A stretch of 64,000 bases of DNA from an uncultured virus (IMG/VR IMGVR_UViG_3300023205_000110) (lineage: Duplodnaviria > Heunggongvirae > Uroviricota > Caudoviricetes > Crassvirales): the IMG/VR virus record IMGVR_UViG_3300023205_000110. The stretch is one strand, 5' to 3'. Within the stretch, counting starts at the first letter, position 1; each line of letters begins with the position of its first letter. Below, piece by piece: positions 10,901-20,200 of the stretch. The notes beneath the pieces are model-generated. The model made no database searches and had not been told where the DNA came from. It saw only the letters and a program-made list of their open reading frames with translations. The translations under genes and the position numbers were made by a program.

Positions 10901-13900
10901 TGACTAAAATTACGTTTAATCCAATCAACTTTCTGAGCAGGAGTAAGTCTAGCAAATACATCAATTTCAGTTTGTGTAGGCTCAAATATATTTTTAACTA
11001 CAACATCATCTGTTTTAATATTAACTAATGTACCACTAACTCTACCAACTTCTAAAGCTCTAGATTGTCCAGTGCCATATTCTTTAATATATTTAGGATG
11101 AACAAAATCCCCATTAACAATAGTAACAGGTAAATTAAGATAAGAACTACCGTTATTACCTACTTCTAGTTTATTAATAAGATAATCTTTATAATCATTA
11201 TATAACTTTTCAGTCATTATTCCACCTTTAGTCCATTCTGCTATTCTATATACATAATCAATAAATACAGGATTAGCAGTTTCAAATACTTGTTGAGTAG
11301 CTTTAACACTAAGAGCAGTACTCATTTGTAAAAATGCAGCTAAACTAGGATAACTACTTTTAGATATATCAGATTTAATAAATGCATTTATACCACCACT
11401 AATATCAGGAAATACACTCTCTAACAGCAAGGTTTGACCCCCCGTAGAGTATGGAGCATAAATATTACTATTTTCAATAACAGTTCTAGCATCTCTAAAT
11501 ACTTTATCACTAGCATAAAAACTTTGTTTAGCACCATATTTATCAGCACTAAGAATATTAAGATTATTACTTATATCCTGTCCGATTGAGTTTAGCCGAT
11601 TGAATTGTGCTAGAACATAAAGGTCAAATAAAGCCTGCTGAATGCCATTCATTTCCCCTCTAAGACGAGATTTATATGCGTCTGATGAAAATATAAGGTC
11701 TGGTGATGAAAATGCGTCAGAAACGCTTAAATTGAATAATTTCTTGAAAGTTTCGCCATAACTTTTATCAATAGTTTCAATTAGCTTTTTACGTCCAGCA
11801 AAATTAACTTTTTCACCAAAACCAAGATTATGAGCAACTTCTCTAATAGCTTCAGTAAGCGGATTTTTAGTACCTTCTGCAAGAACACTATTAGTTTCTT
11901 TCCATTTACGAACTAGTATATCAATAGCAGGTTGCCACATAAATCCAATAGCAGTATCATAATTACTTCCAAAGTCAACAATAGTTTTGAAAGCATTAAA
12001 TGTATAAGTATTTTCATTATGTATAGCCCCCTCTTTCATAACATCGAGAATATGAGCAGTAGTCTGAGAACTATAAGGATTAATCAAATAGCCATCAACA
12101 TTCTTATCATCTCCAGACCAACCAAAATTTTTATGAGTAATACGAATATGTTTATTACCAATAGTTTCAACATTTTCTTTACCATATCTATTAACAGCTT
12201 CTTGCTCACTAATCACATCAGTAGTGTACATAACTTTAATACCTTCGCTATGATTAGCTTTAATAACATTACCAATACTCATAAAAGTATCTCTATTAAC
12301 ACTGATACCTTTAAGTTTAATACCAGAAGTAGCAGCATCAAACCAATCAAGTTGAGTAAAGAAATCACTAGGAGCAACAGTTGTTTTATTAGCACCAACT
12401 ATTTCTGCATAAGTTTCATTAGCTTCTTTGACATTTTCAAAGTTAGAAGTAGTAGTATTTTCTTCAAATGCAGCAGGATTATTAAGTATATCAATAAATG
12501 ATTGAATAATAGCATTAGTTCTAGCAGCTTGACTACTTGTATCCTCCACGGGGAGTTTCAAGTATGATTCGTAAGACTTAAGTCCACCATCATTAGCAAT
12601 TTTTTCAACAACTTTAAGATTGCCATTATAACCTTCAAGAGTAGCATTAATAGCATCTTCGCTATTTTTTAAAGAAGCTCTAATATTACCTTGTTTATTA
12701 TAAGTCTTACCAAGAATTTTACGACTAGCTTTATCTACATTATCTTTAACATAATTAATATATCCTACTTCATCTTTAGTATATCTGGCATGAGTAATTT
12801 CAGTTGGAATACCTTTAACAAGATTAAATGTTTTAGACATACCATAAACACTATCAACGTCAAAGTCAGAACCAGTTTGAGTAACCCATTCATCAGGAAC
12901 AACAACAGTACTACCATAAGCATCTGGAAGAAACTCTTTAACATACATAATACATATAGATTGTTTACCTTCAGTAGGAATACGATAACCAATCATAGTA
13001 CGTAAGCTATCAGGAACTTGTTCAATATTTAATCCTTTAAGTTTACTACTCCATCTAGGAAGTTTAATTTCAGTATAATAAACAGGAGTGCCATCAACTT
13101 CTCCAATCTTTTTATATTGAAGTTTACTATCCGTTTGAGTTTGTTTATCAACTTTAAATCCAAAATCAGATAGCTGAGCAGCGTGCCAACCACTAATAAG
13201 TTGTCTAGTAATATTAGTATTAAAATAACTATTAGCAATACTTTCAAGTTTACTATTAATATTAGATAAAAATAAAGGAAGATTATTAAATCCAGCACTA
13301 TCTAAATCGAAAAACTCAAGAAGAGCTTTTTCAACTCCTTGTTGTTGAGCATTTTCTTTAAATCTATCAAAGAATACAAAACGATTAAGATTTTTAATAG
13401 TACCATTAGAATTTAAATCAATATGACCATTATCATCTAATCCAATACCAAGTTCAGCACAAGTTTTTTCAAAACTATTTCTAATATTAGCTACATAGTT
13501 ATTAAATACTTTACTCTTAAGGTCATTAAGTTCAGTTCGATTAGGAAGATTATCAAGCATTTTCTTCATAATCTGAATAGCAGCTTTATTACTAGCATCA
13601 ACCATATGTTGAGGAACTTCTTGCTGACGATAAAGATAATTATAACTAAATAGTTCAGAATTATCAAATACATTATTATCAAATTCTTTAAGAGCTTCAT
13701 CAGTTAAAACACCATCGTTATTCCAAAGTGTCATTCTATTATGTTGTGCAACTTTAACAGTTTCAACAGTATTAATTTGATGAACACCTCTATTAGTCAT
13801 TATATTATAAACTTTTTCAAGTTCTGTTCCTTTAATAAGTTTAGGAATAAGAACAAACTCAGCGTTCTTTACTTGTCTAGGAACTTCAATACCAACAGTA

Positions 13901-16900
13901 GTATCATAATATAAATCATAATAGAAATTCTTTTGAATTTGAACTTTATTAGCAAATTTAGTCCAATCAATTTTATCTATTGGAGTATCATCTGTAAGAC
14001 TTTGAATAAGTCTAGCATATTTATCTAATTCACCAGCAGCAGTAATACGACGAATCCATTCTTCAAGAGTAATATAAGATTGAGCATCATTAGTATTAAC
14101 TTCTCCTTTAAACGGTTCTAGTATTCTTTCTCTGTCTTTTTTATCAAGTCCAGCTTTTTTAAGTTGGTCATCAAGTCTATCAATAACAACTTTATCAGAA
14201 GCTTTAAAAGTATTATAAATGGTAACACCCCTAAATTTATCTTGAAGAACTACTTTTTTACGTTTAGTAACTCCATTAACAGTATAAGGAACAGTAACAG
14301 CATTACCTTTAATAGTTATATCATATAAATCAGTAGCTATATCTAAATCATTTTTAGTAAAATCAGTATTACCAAAAGGATTACCACTAGCTTGTACTTC
14401 TTTAATACGTTTTAGAATAGCTTGACCATTCTTATAAAAACTTTGGTCACCACCATACATATCGTACATACTATCTCTAACAAGATAATCATTAACTAGA
14501 AATTCAGCTAAAGATTCATTATTAATCCTATCATCAATAAATGTACCATATTTATTTTTAAGTTCTTTATAACCATTAGTTATATATTCATTTAACCAAT
14601 TAGCAACAGCATCTTCAAGAGCAACACGTTGTTCTGCATTAAGAACTACTTGATTATTAACATAGCTAAGTCCACGTGTAGACCCCCCGTAGAGGATGTC
14701 AATAGTCTTACCATACCCAATTAGTTCATTAAATGCTCCATTACTATTAGGAGTAATTTTACTAACTAAACGTTTAAAACTAAATACTCTACCAGCTAAA
14801 ACTTTGTGCCCATCTTTAGTAATAAATACATTACCTTTTCCATCTTTATGATATTGATTATAAAAATGTTCAGGTTTATTATTATAAATATTACTAAATT
14901 CAAAATCTCCATTAGTTAAAATAGGATTACCATTAGCATTAGTCTTAAACATTACATTAACAGCTTGAGCCATATTAGTAAGTTCTTGAATAGCTATATT
15001 ATAATACTGTTTAAATAATGGATGTTCTCTATTTATAATTTTAGTTCCATCTTCTAATTGACTTCGTAATCCATTAAGACTATATCTAGGAGCAGTAATA
15101 GTAAAGTTTTTAGGAGCATCACTAGGTATAGGAAGTAAATAATTAGCAGTAGGAGTTTCAGAATTATTAATATCAGTCATAAATAATCCCATAGCAGTAA
15201 TTAAATAATCACCGTCACTCATACTACGATATAAGTCATTATTATTATTATCTAATTCACTAATACCATTAAGAAGAGAAGTTTTAAACATACTACGAGC
15301 ATATTCAGTAAGTTTAGGAGTTCCATTTCCAACTCTTCTAAACAATCCATAATTAATTATATTACCATTACTATCTCTATGTTCAAGAAGTAAATTACTA
15401 TAATCATATTGATGACTAGCAAACTTTTGTTTAGCATAAGCTTCAACCATAGCGTTTTGCTCTTCAACAGTAGATTTATCATCATTGATTATTTTAGCAA
15501 TATTAGTAATAAAACTTCTATTAATAACATCAGAACTTAAATTACCTTCGGGATTACGAGAATTAAGTTCAACAGGAATATAAATAATATCTTTAAAAAC
15601 ATCAGCCATTTGATATATAATAGAAGTATCACCTCTATTAATAAAACTATCAGGCATTTTAGTTTCTTTATCCTTTTTAAGCGCTTCTACATATTTATTA
15701 TAATTTTCAACTGTACGATTAATAACATTGGCAAAATTAATAAGATTATTAGCCATAGCTACACGACCAATCTTAGCAATAGCTAAATTAAAACTAGCTT
15801 GATTAATATCTGGAAATATTTCTTTAAAAGCATCATATAAATAAAGATTAGCATGAGGAGTATTTTTATATCTATCATATATACGAAACTTTTCACGAGC
15901 AGTAGGAACACGATTAGTAATAATATTATTCTTAACATTATTATAAAAAGTATTCTGTAAAATAGTACGAGAATCAGTATTAGGATTAGTTACACGAGCA
16001 CGAACATAACTATTACCATTAGAATCAGTTTGAATATAAGTTTCAATTTTAGATATAATAGGTTTATTAAACACCATCATATACTTATTAGCAAATACTT
16101 TATTTTTGCTAAGTAAATCATGTAATTGAATCAAACATTCACAATTTGGAACAGTTTCAGATATACGTTTAAGACTAGCTATAAAATTATCTACATTACT
16201 AGTATCAGCACTAGCATATAATATTTTAGATAAATAATTAGCATCAGAAAAAGTAACAACTCCTAATTCATTATTAGTATCAAAAGGATAACTTCCATTA
16301 TCAAGTTGAGAAGCAGCAGTAAGTTTAGGTAAACTTGCAAGATGATATTTAATAATTTCTTCTACGTGTTTATTAAAATCTTTAACTTCACCAATACTTA
16401 AATTCCAAAGTTGAGTCATCAAATCAATACCATCATCTATACTATTTTCATCACCTTCAGTAGAAGTTTCATCAAGATAACCGCCTAATTCTTCATAATC
16501 AGTAGTTTGATATAACTCATCTCGTTTAATAAGTTTAGCTACATTTTTATTATTAAAAAGAGCTTCATTAAATTCAGTATTAGTTAAAGAACGAAGTAAT
16601 GCACCATAATTAAAATCTTGAGCATCACCATATTTACGAAGAAATGCACCAAGACCATTAATTTTAGTAGCAGGATTTGGATTATTAATAAAACTATTAA
16701 GTTCATTATTTTTAGCTTCATCACTTCCAGCTAATTTCTTAGCGCGTTTAAGTCCAGCATTAATAACAGTTTCATTAGTACGTTTTTTAATTTCATTAAA
16801 ATTTAATGGAGCACCATTATATAGAAAATTAAAACTAAGTTTATTCATAATATCAGCCATATAAGTAATAGCTGTATCTCTAGCTTTAATTGTACTAAAC

Positions 16901-17163
16901 AAACCACGTTCTTCTTTTTCAGCAATAGAAGCTACATCGTCCATATTACGAAGTTTAATAGCTCTAGCTTCAAGAAGAGCATTATAAGCTTGTCTTCCAG
17001 AAGTTTTAACATTAATACCTCTATCAGCTACAATCTTCTTAAAGATTGGGTCTTCAACCATAACTATAAGACTATAATAATCAGCATTATTAGAACCATG
17101 TTCTTTAATAATAATATTATTAAGATTATTATATCCTACAAGTTTAATATTTCCACAGCTCAT
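4951..17163 (-). CDS. giant virion-packaged two-barrel RNA polymerase (4070 aa)
   Basis: Catalytic GSDFDVD (DxDxD, ~12853-12867) preceded by MIGYRIPTEGKQS; size and position match the crAss-like virion RNAP. Confidence 0.9.
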   Translation of the reverse strand: MSCGNIKLVGYNNLNNIIIKEHGSNNADYYSLIVMVEDPIFKKIVADRGINVKTSGRQAYNALLEARAIKLRNMDDVASIAEKEERGLFSTIKARDTAITYMADIMNKLSFNFLYNGAPLNFNEIKKRTNETVINAGLKRAKKLAGSDEAKNNELNSFINNPNPATKINGLGAFLRKYGDAQDFNYGALLRSLTNTEFNEALFNNKNVAKLIKRDELYQTTDYEELGGYLDETSTEGDENSIDDGIDLMTQLWNLSIGEVKDFNKHVEEIIKYHLASLPKLTAASQLDNGSYPFDTNNELGVVTFSDANYLSKILYASADTSNVDNFIASLKRISETVPNCECLIQLHDLLSKNKVFANKYMMVFNKPIISKIETYIQTDSNGNSYVRARVTNPNTDSRTILQNTFYNNVKNNIITNRVPTAREKFRIYDRYKNTPHANLYLYDAFKEIFPDINQASFNLAIAKIGRVAMANNLINFANVINRTVENYNKYVEALKKDKETKMPDSFINRGDTSIIYQMADVFKDIIYIPVELNSRNPEGNLSSDVINRSFITNIAKIINDDKSTVEEQNAMVEAYAKQKFASHQYDYSNLLLEHRDSNGNIINYGLFRRVGNGTPKLTEYARSMFKTSLLNGISELDNNNNDLYRSMSDGDYLITAMGLFMTDINNSETPTANYLLPIPSDAPKNFTITAPRYSLNGLRSQLEDGTKIINREHPLFKQYYNIAIQELTNMAQAVNVMFKTNANGNPILTNGDFEFSNIYNNKPEHFYNQYHKDGKGNVFITKDGHKVLAGRVFSFKRLVSKITPNSNGAFNELIGYGKTIDILYGGSTRGLSYVNNQVVLNAEQRVALEDAVANWLNEYITNGYKELKNKYGTFIDDRINNESLAEFLVNDYLVRDSMYDMYGGDQSFYKNGQAILKRIKEVQASGNPFGNTDFTKNDLDIATDLYDITIKGNAVTVPYTVNGVTKRKKVVLQDKFRGVTIYNTFKASDKVVIDRLDDQLKKAGLDKKDRERILEPFKGEVNTNDAQSYITLEEWIRRITAAGELDKYARLIQSLTDDTPIDKIDWTKFANKVQIQKNFYYDLYYDTTVGIEVPRQVKNAEFVLIPKLIKGTELEKVYNIMTNRGVHQINTVETVKVAQHNRMTLWNNDGVLTDEALKEFDNNVFDNSELFSYNYLYRQQEVPQHMVDASNKAAIQIMKKMLDNLPNRTELNDLKSKVFNNYVANIRNSFEKTCAELGIGLDDNGHIDLNSNGTIKNLNRFVFFDRFKENAQQQGVEKALLEFFDLDSAGFNNLPLFLSNINSKLESIANSYFNTNITRQLISGWHAAQLSDFGFKVDKQTQTDSKLQYKKIGEVDGTPVYYTEIKLPRWSSKLKGLNIEQVPDSLRTMIGYRIPTEGKQSICIMYVKEFLPDAYGSTVVVPDEWVTQTGSDFDVDSVYGMSKTFNLVKGIPTEITHARYTKDEVGYINYVKDNVDKASRKILGKTYNKQGNIRASLKNSEDAINATLEGYNGNLKVVEKIANDGGLKSYESYLKLPVEDTSSQAARTNAIIQSFIDILNNPAAFEENTTTSNFENVKEANETYAEIVGANKTTVAPSDFFTQLDWFDAATSGIKLKGISVNRDTFMSIGNVIKANHSEGIKVMYTTDVISEQEAVNRYGKENVETIGNKHIRITHKNFGWSGDDKNVDGYLINPYSSQTTAHILDVMKEGAIHNENTYTFNAFKTIVDFGSNYDTAIGFMWQPAIDILVRKWKETNSVLAEGTKNPLTEAIREVAHNLGFGEKVNFAGRKKLIETIDKSYGETFKKLFNLSVSDAFSSPDLIFSSDAYKSRLRGEMNGIQQALFDLYVLAQFNRLNSIGQDISNNLNILSADKYGAKQSFYASDKVFRDARTVIENSNIYAPYSTGGQTLLLESVFPDISGGINAFIKSDISKSSYPSLAAFLQMSTALSVKATQQVFETANPVFIDYVYRIAEWTKGGIMTEKLYNDYKDYLINKLEVGNNGSSYLNLPVTIVNGDFVHPKYIKEYGTGQSRALEVGRVSGTLVNIKTDDVVVKNIFEPTQTEIDVFARLTPAQKVDWIKRNFSQDGSVFEHIEIVANDERSNRRNVNIQYINYIQGDITNDEAHRLFDRAWNHPNPLIKLTALDLVKYAFIVEGHKFRTRNISRLISNTPLRGLSEGGIAIGDIAMKGINSYGFVDKDNVEDIIGFIRKNYNSFNCPSYTFKRLTNNKINYSLKRSGIITFNGQENLDNVGIIRNGDAVNVIRINRNLYIKGTYDGTLAYYPIDRLESFETYNSIEPSIITNNNIHKPLAVLLYKGLTQQEKRDKFIDGIKDNINEAVNKGYKEVPELYSKYISDEYFQPFMNTPFENNTIYTINDKFYLNINGTTAINLSDDLKQYKAKYPNIEDNKLGLFIKINENEIDRVTSNTDRYSSIDDQTPIGRFAKNASLVISRAVRHGQPAAQNVLNALNNAEINYLDSSSLSDNSEFSLSVIANYIDVEANNILNDINRFIKIDGIDKPINDKDVIGKVLKDEQLQNRFLDVILNANTFKNKYKLISEIDIDSTNLDDKTKENIRKIQKLVNQVDSNTTVHSARKDWFERWIQLRTTNPNYISGLMKEFDAYGDTGFMDYWIQDIRANRNFVLQNILKDVMGTVEEGRLNGIKESNDFRNYLKELKSRAAKDGKFVSLDSIIDNDGRLIQPNNPVWEEKMKKYRDAAIEAEQKFGINSVEHLIALSNKAKFIDMTTIHQLKPITVQDEDGNDVTIEYSTYIINLERSLLGLKKGDDGIPKEFAEYKRLNGRIRDILSQATDNVTTQSQDEELGRIYAQMDSLTSLYDEDGNKKIGHDLNVAERLRAYQTNIRKVKEMFYDKQAKEGFDSKLKEQLSIISKYESQRDANGNLLISMEELMKVPEYYEAKEWIRKNTRYILDIKDIEDLNWAFEELKDANKGNSVLNLAIKEFQAKDEFNVVDGRKIPEERAALIKAETVRKYKYTKGNGMPYVGIIRSAEDELRIYRADFYNYLTGNKSKSEEEINVGEAINKILEKYFDNATRTLNTADISQEDLEQLKTGFEVFNEITRGEKSTDKAKAKRVAEFIENECDVTYNWKQYELDKNRAFAKGKKYYDKWLEVFSEQVEENGTIAERPNRTIYGIIKPKDLDKWTDIDRTAAINILQKRTRETTTQYYYIKEREVLDKYGIDSVEYKQWYRDNHYFDPYTRTIKPIRIWTTMQMIKDDGSAVVGNYEPRINQMHITPKEELVNPEYSSFVNKYKVGTGYDNPNYTSLNEYQLELMNKVNELMKKYCFTNSNKRYVDMGYLPALPKSKDMTVKDYFEQALSFLGWTANVPNNTNWRNNEDLTFDKDYDIPNPRLIQLVNKDTQQLPTIPKFKEPNESDEEFSKRKAAAIKAKDEIIEKNNKIHNDILNRNWEEVFNSFLIESNRYNAVKTVKNLLYTADQIITSNTAYDINYKGSISENREASAGGEIEYKQEKQTRTSEHLRSFIRRLVFEQYKDNKTPNLVKLGSLAQNIAGSKYMMMNITGGIANVLTGSSNIFMERAAGEYINLKDWEAGKSEWIKGTVSYMANMYSENSSTLQDAIIKLSHIVDFDRVTEVSTVEGLKENIRRVRGLLFSPQSVGEHYMQNVMLFAMLKSHRLVDNGRGGYDIMSKEMYHRKAEQDALMSVINTPRGEENQALFEQFNKFMDDAKADNKKRAKYNLFKANPIFDFVKTYLNEEQQREYIAKRKELIKNIDKKFAKLPDVYNQFELKDGIAQIKSDSKLTLKEYAKFIDKVREVNKKVHGVYDKLGSANIEQHWWGGMVMQYHKHLYPGFKKRYRWNGYYNETLGTIEKGSYTSLYDYLTIPFKETNIGEINNVSDVLKAFQVYGKNLLSFAVNFKLNYELLPEHEKANIRRNLGDLLYVGAAVIGAIAITGMGGDDDESIIYNLMLYHADRLASEAASFTPFGAYAEGKKLWSSPVAIGQTINDLLGTTAMAARFLIEEDFTEEYTTGRYKGMNKFEVMAVRNIPVVRSINRVLDLPNNNSYYKVDENILSIIPYKDIGKDIFE

Positions 17164-17200
17164 AAGTTTATATTTAAGTTTAAATTCATTAATAGTAATA

Positions 17201-17247
17201 CCTCTATGACTAATGTAAAGTAAAATTTTATTACATCGTCATAGAGG
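17201..17247 (-). promoter_or_regulatory. long hairpin upstream of the RNAP start (terminator, attenuator or processing site)
   Basis: cctctatgac (17201-17210) pairs with gtcatagagg (17238-17247), with inner atgtaa/ttacat pairing. Confidence 0.55.
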
Positions 17248-17293
17248 CTGTTTTCTTTCGTTTTAAGCGACTTTTATATTTGCTCGATTAATT

Positions 17294-20200
17294 CTACATA
17301 CAGCTAAAACTGATGCGCCCTGTGTCAAGCAAAGTGGCAAATTTGGACTGTTGTGCTATCGGTAAACGGCTAGTTAATTCAGCCATATTTGACACTATAT
17401 CATCATCAACACTACTAAACATATCAAGTCCATCATTAAGATTATCATTATTATAATTATAATCTTGACTGTTATCTTCATTAGGATTTTCAGTTTGTTC
17501 TGTACTAGCAGTTTCTTCTTCAAACTGAAAAGTTCCTTGAATAGCCTCTTGATTACTTTCTTTAGGCATTTTCTTAATAGCTTTATAAGCATCTCTAGCA
17601 GCAGCTAATAAACTATCTTCATTAATCTTAATACCTAACATATCAGCAATAACTTCAAGAAGTCTACTAAATAAAGTCTTACGTTTATTAACTTTTCTAT
17701 TATCATATTTAATTTCATTAAGTGCAGTCATAAGAGCATTACTAGTAATACTTTCAACTAGAAATTCTTCAAGAGCTTCACTTGTATTAAAATTCTCAAA
17801 TAGATAAGGTTTAAGTCTTTCTTTAGTAGCATCATCTTGAGTATCAAGCCAAGCTTTAAATTTATCATATATAGGTTTAACTAAAGCAAGAGCTTGTTCA
17901 GTATTATATTTAGTATAAAGTTGTCTATGTAAACTTTCATGAAGTATAATATTAACAACTCGATAAACTCTTTGACCAGCAATAGCAGAACTATTAAGTT
18001 CAATAGTATCTGTATCACGATGATAAACAGCATTAACTTGATTACCATTATTATTAGTAATACTATCTACAACTTGAATATTCTTAGGCAATATACCAAT
18101 CTTTTGAAGAGCATTAATATAATCAATAGCAGTTTGGTCATTAGCAAAATACTTTTTAAGTCCACGAGTTAAATTCTTAGCAGTTATAGCAGATTCAAAA
18201 GCATTAAAATTAATAGCATTAAGAGTATCATCTAACATGAACTCTGATAACTGTTCAGGTATTGCTCCATCCTCCACGGGGGGTCTACCCTCAAGTTCAT
18301 AAGTAATATCGAGTTTAGAATGAATATCTATTTGCCAATTACCAGCAGTTTCATTAGTATTAGTATTAGCTAATTTAGTTCTAACTAAACCATTACTAAT
18401 AATAAAATCTTGATAACTATTATAACTATAAGTTTTATCATCAATATTTATAATAGTTTTACCATTTTCACGATAAATATATTTATTAGTTTTATCATTA
18501 GTTTTTGTACTATCATTAATAAAATCTTTACTAATAGCAAATTGGGCATAGTTAAACATTTCATCAATAACAGGACGAAGAGCATTATCTAATTCATCAA
18601 TAGTACTAGCATTAATACCATAACTTTTACCTATTTTAAAAGCACTATTAACAACATAAGGAGAATTAATAATAATATTACGTTTATAATTACCAGCATC
18701 AGAATTAATAGTAAAAGCATAATCTTTACCATTAAAATGTGCACCTTTAACATAAAAACCTATATTAGTAGGATTAATACTAATTTGAAGTCCATTATTT
18801 CTATCTCCGTTAATAAGTTTATTATTTCCAAATATATCTCCAAGACTTTGTTTAAGTTCGCCAAAACTTATTTTACCACTAATATAATCTCTACAAAGAT
18901 TATTAACTTCATTCTTAATAGAATTAATAATACGTCGAACATCACTTTTAAGTAGATTACTATTTAATGGAACTTGTTTACAAAAAGCATATAGAGAAGT
19001 ACCATCACTACTTGGAATACTAATAACAGGCATACCATTAGTAGTAAGATTTTCAATAATAGTAGGTTTACTTTCTCCATTAAGATATACTTGACCTTGT
19101 ACAACTACACCAAGTTTATTAACATCTTCATTATAATTAACTACTGTTTCTTGTACATCATTCCATTCGCCATTAGCATCATCAATAGTATTAAGAACTC
19201 CATATTTAACATTAACAGCTCTAATCTTACCTTTAAAATCACCTTTTACTATTGTAATAGCTTGGTCATAACTATTAAGAAGATTATTAAACCAACGATT
19301 AATACTAGCTTCATGACTATTTTCATAAGGCTGATTAAATATATATTTAGTAAGATTAACAAGATGTCCAGCTAAATCAAAACTTGCAACAGGAGTAGTA
19401 AAGTTTTTAACAATATCAGGATATTTAACTTCAAATTCTTTAAATAAAGTATCAAGTTCTTTATTTGTAACTTCTTCTTTAACGGCAAGTTCATATAAAT
19501 GACCAATAAATTCTTCATCAAATCTGTCACCGTCAAGAATACTAATTAAAGCATCTTTAAATGGAGAAATAACTTGACCATTTTCAGCATGAATATTATA
19601 TTTCCAACCTTGATTAACCATATCATAATTACCAAACTTATCAATATTTGGAACTCCTATATAACCAATAATTGTATCATTAGCAAATATATCAATACGT
19701 TTAAGTTTAACATTATATATGGCTTCTAAATAATCACCTTGCTTAATACTAGTAAATGCTTTAACATTTTCATTCTCTACTATATACTTAAGATTAACAT
19801 TATTAGTATGTTCAACTTGAAGTCTTTCAAGACGTTCTTTAGTAATACCGTCAACGTATTGAACAAATTGTCTAGCATTAAGTTTCTTAATAGTTGATTC
19901 ATCAGTAGCACGATATTTACCTTGATTATTAGTGCTGGCGTAAAGATAGTTTTTTATTTGATTAAACAAATAATTTTTAATAATTTTATTACCTGTAATA
20001 CTATCTATATATTCAACTAATTGACCAATACTAAGATAGACTTTACCATTAACAATTTTACCTCTAGTATTACCTTCACTATCAATACTATTAGCAAAAT
20101 CATTCATAACAGCTTCTATATTGCGTTCATTACCTGTAACAGTAGCATAAGTAGCATTAAGTAATAAACGTCTAGTACTATCATCTTGAATAGAACTATA

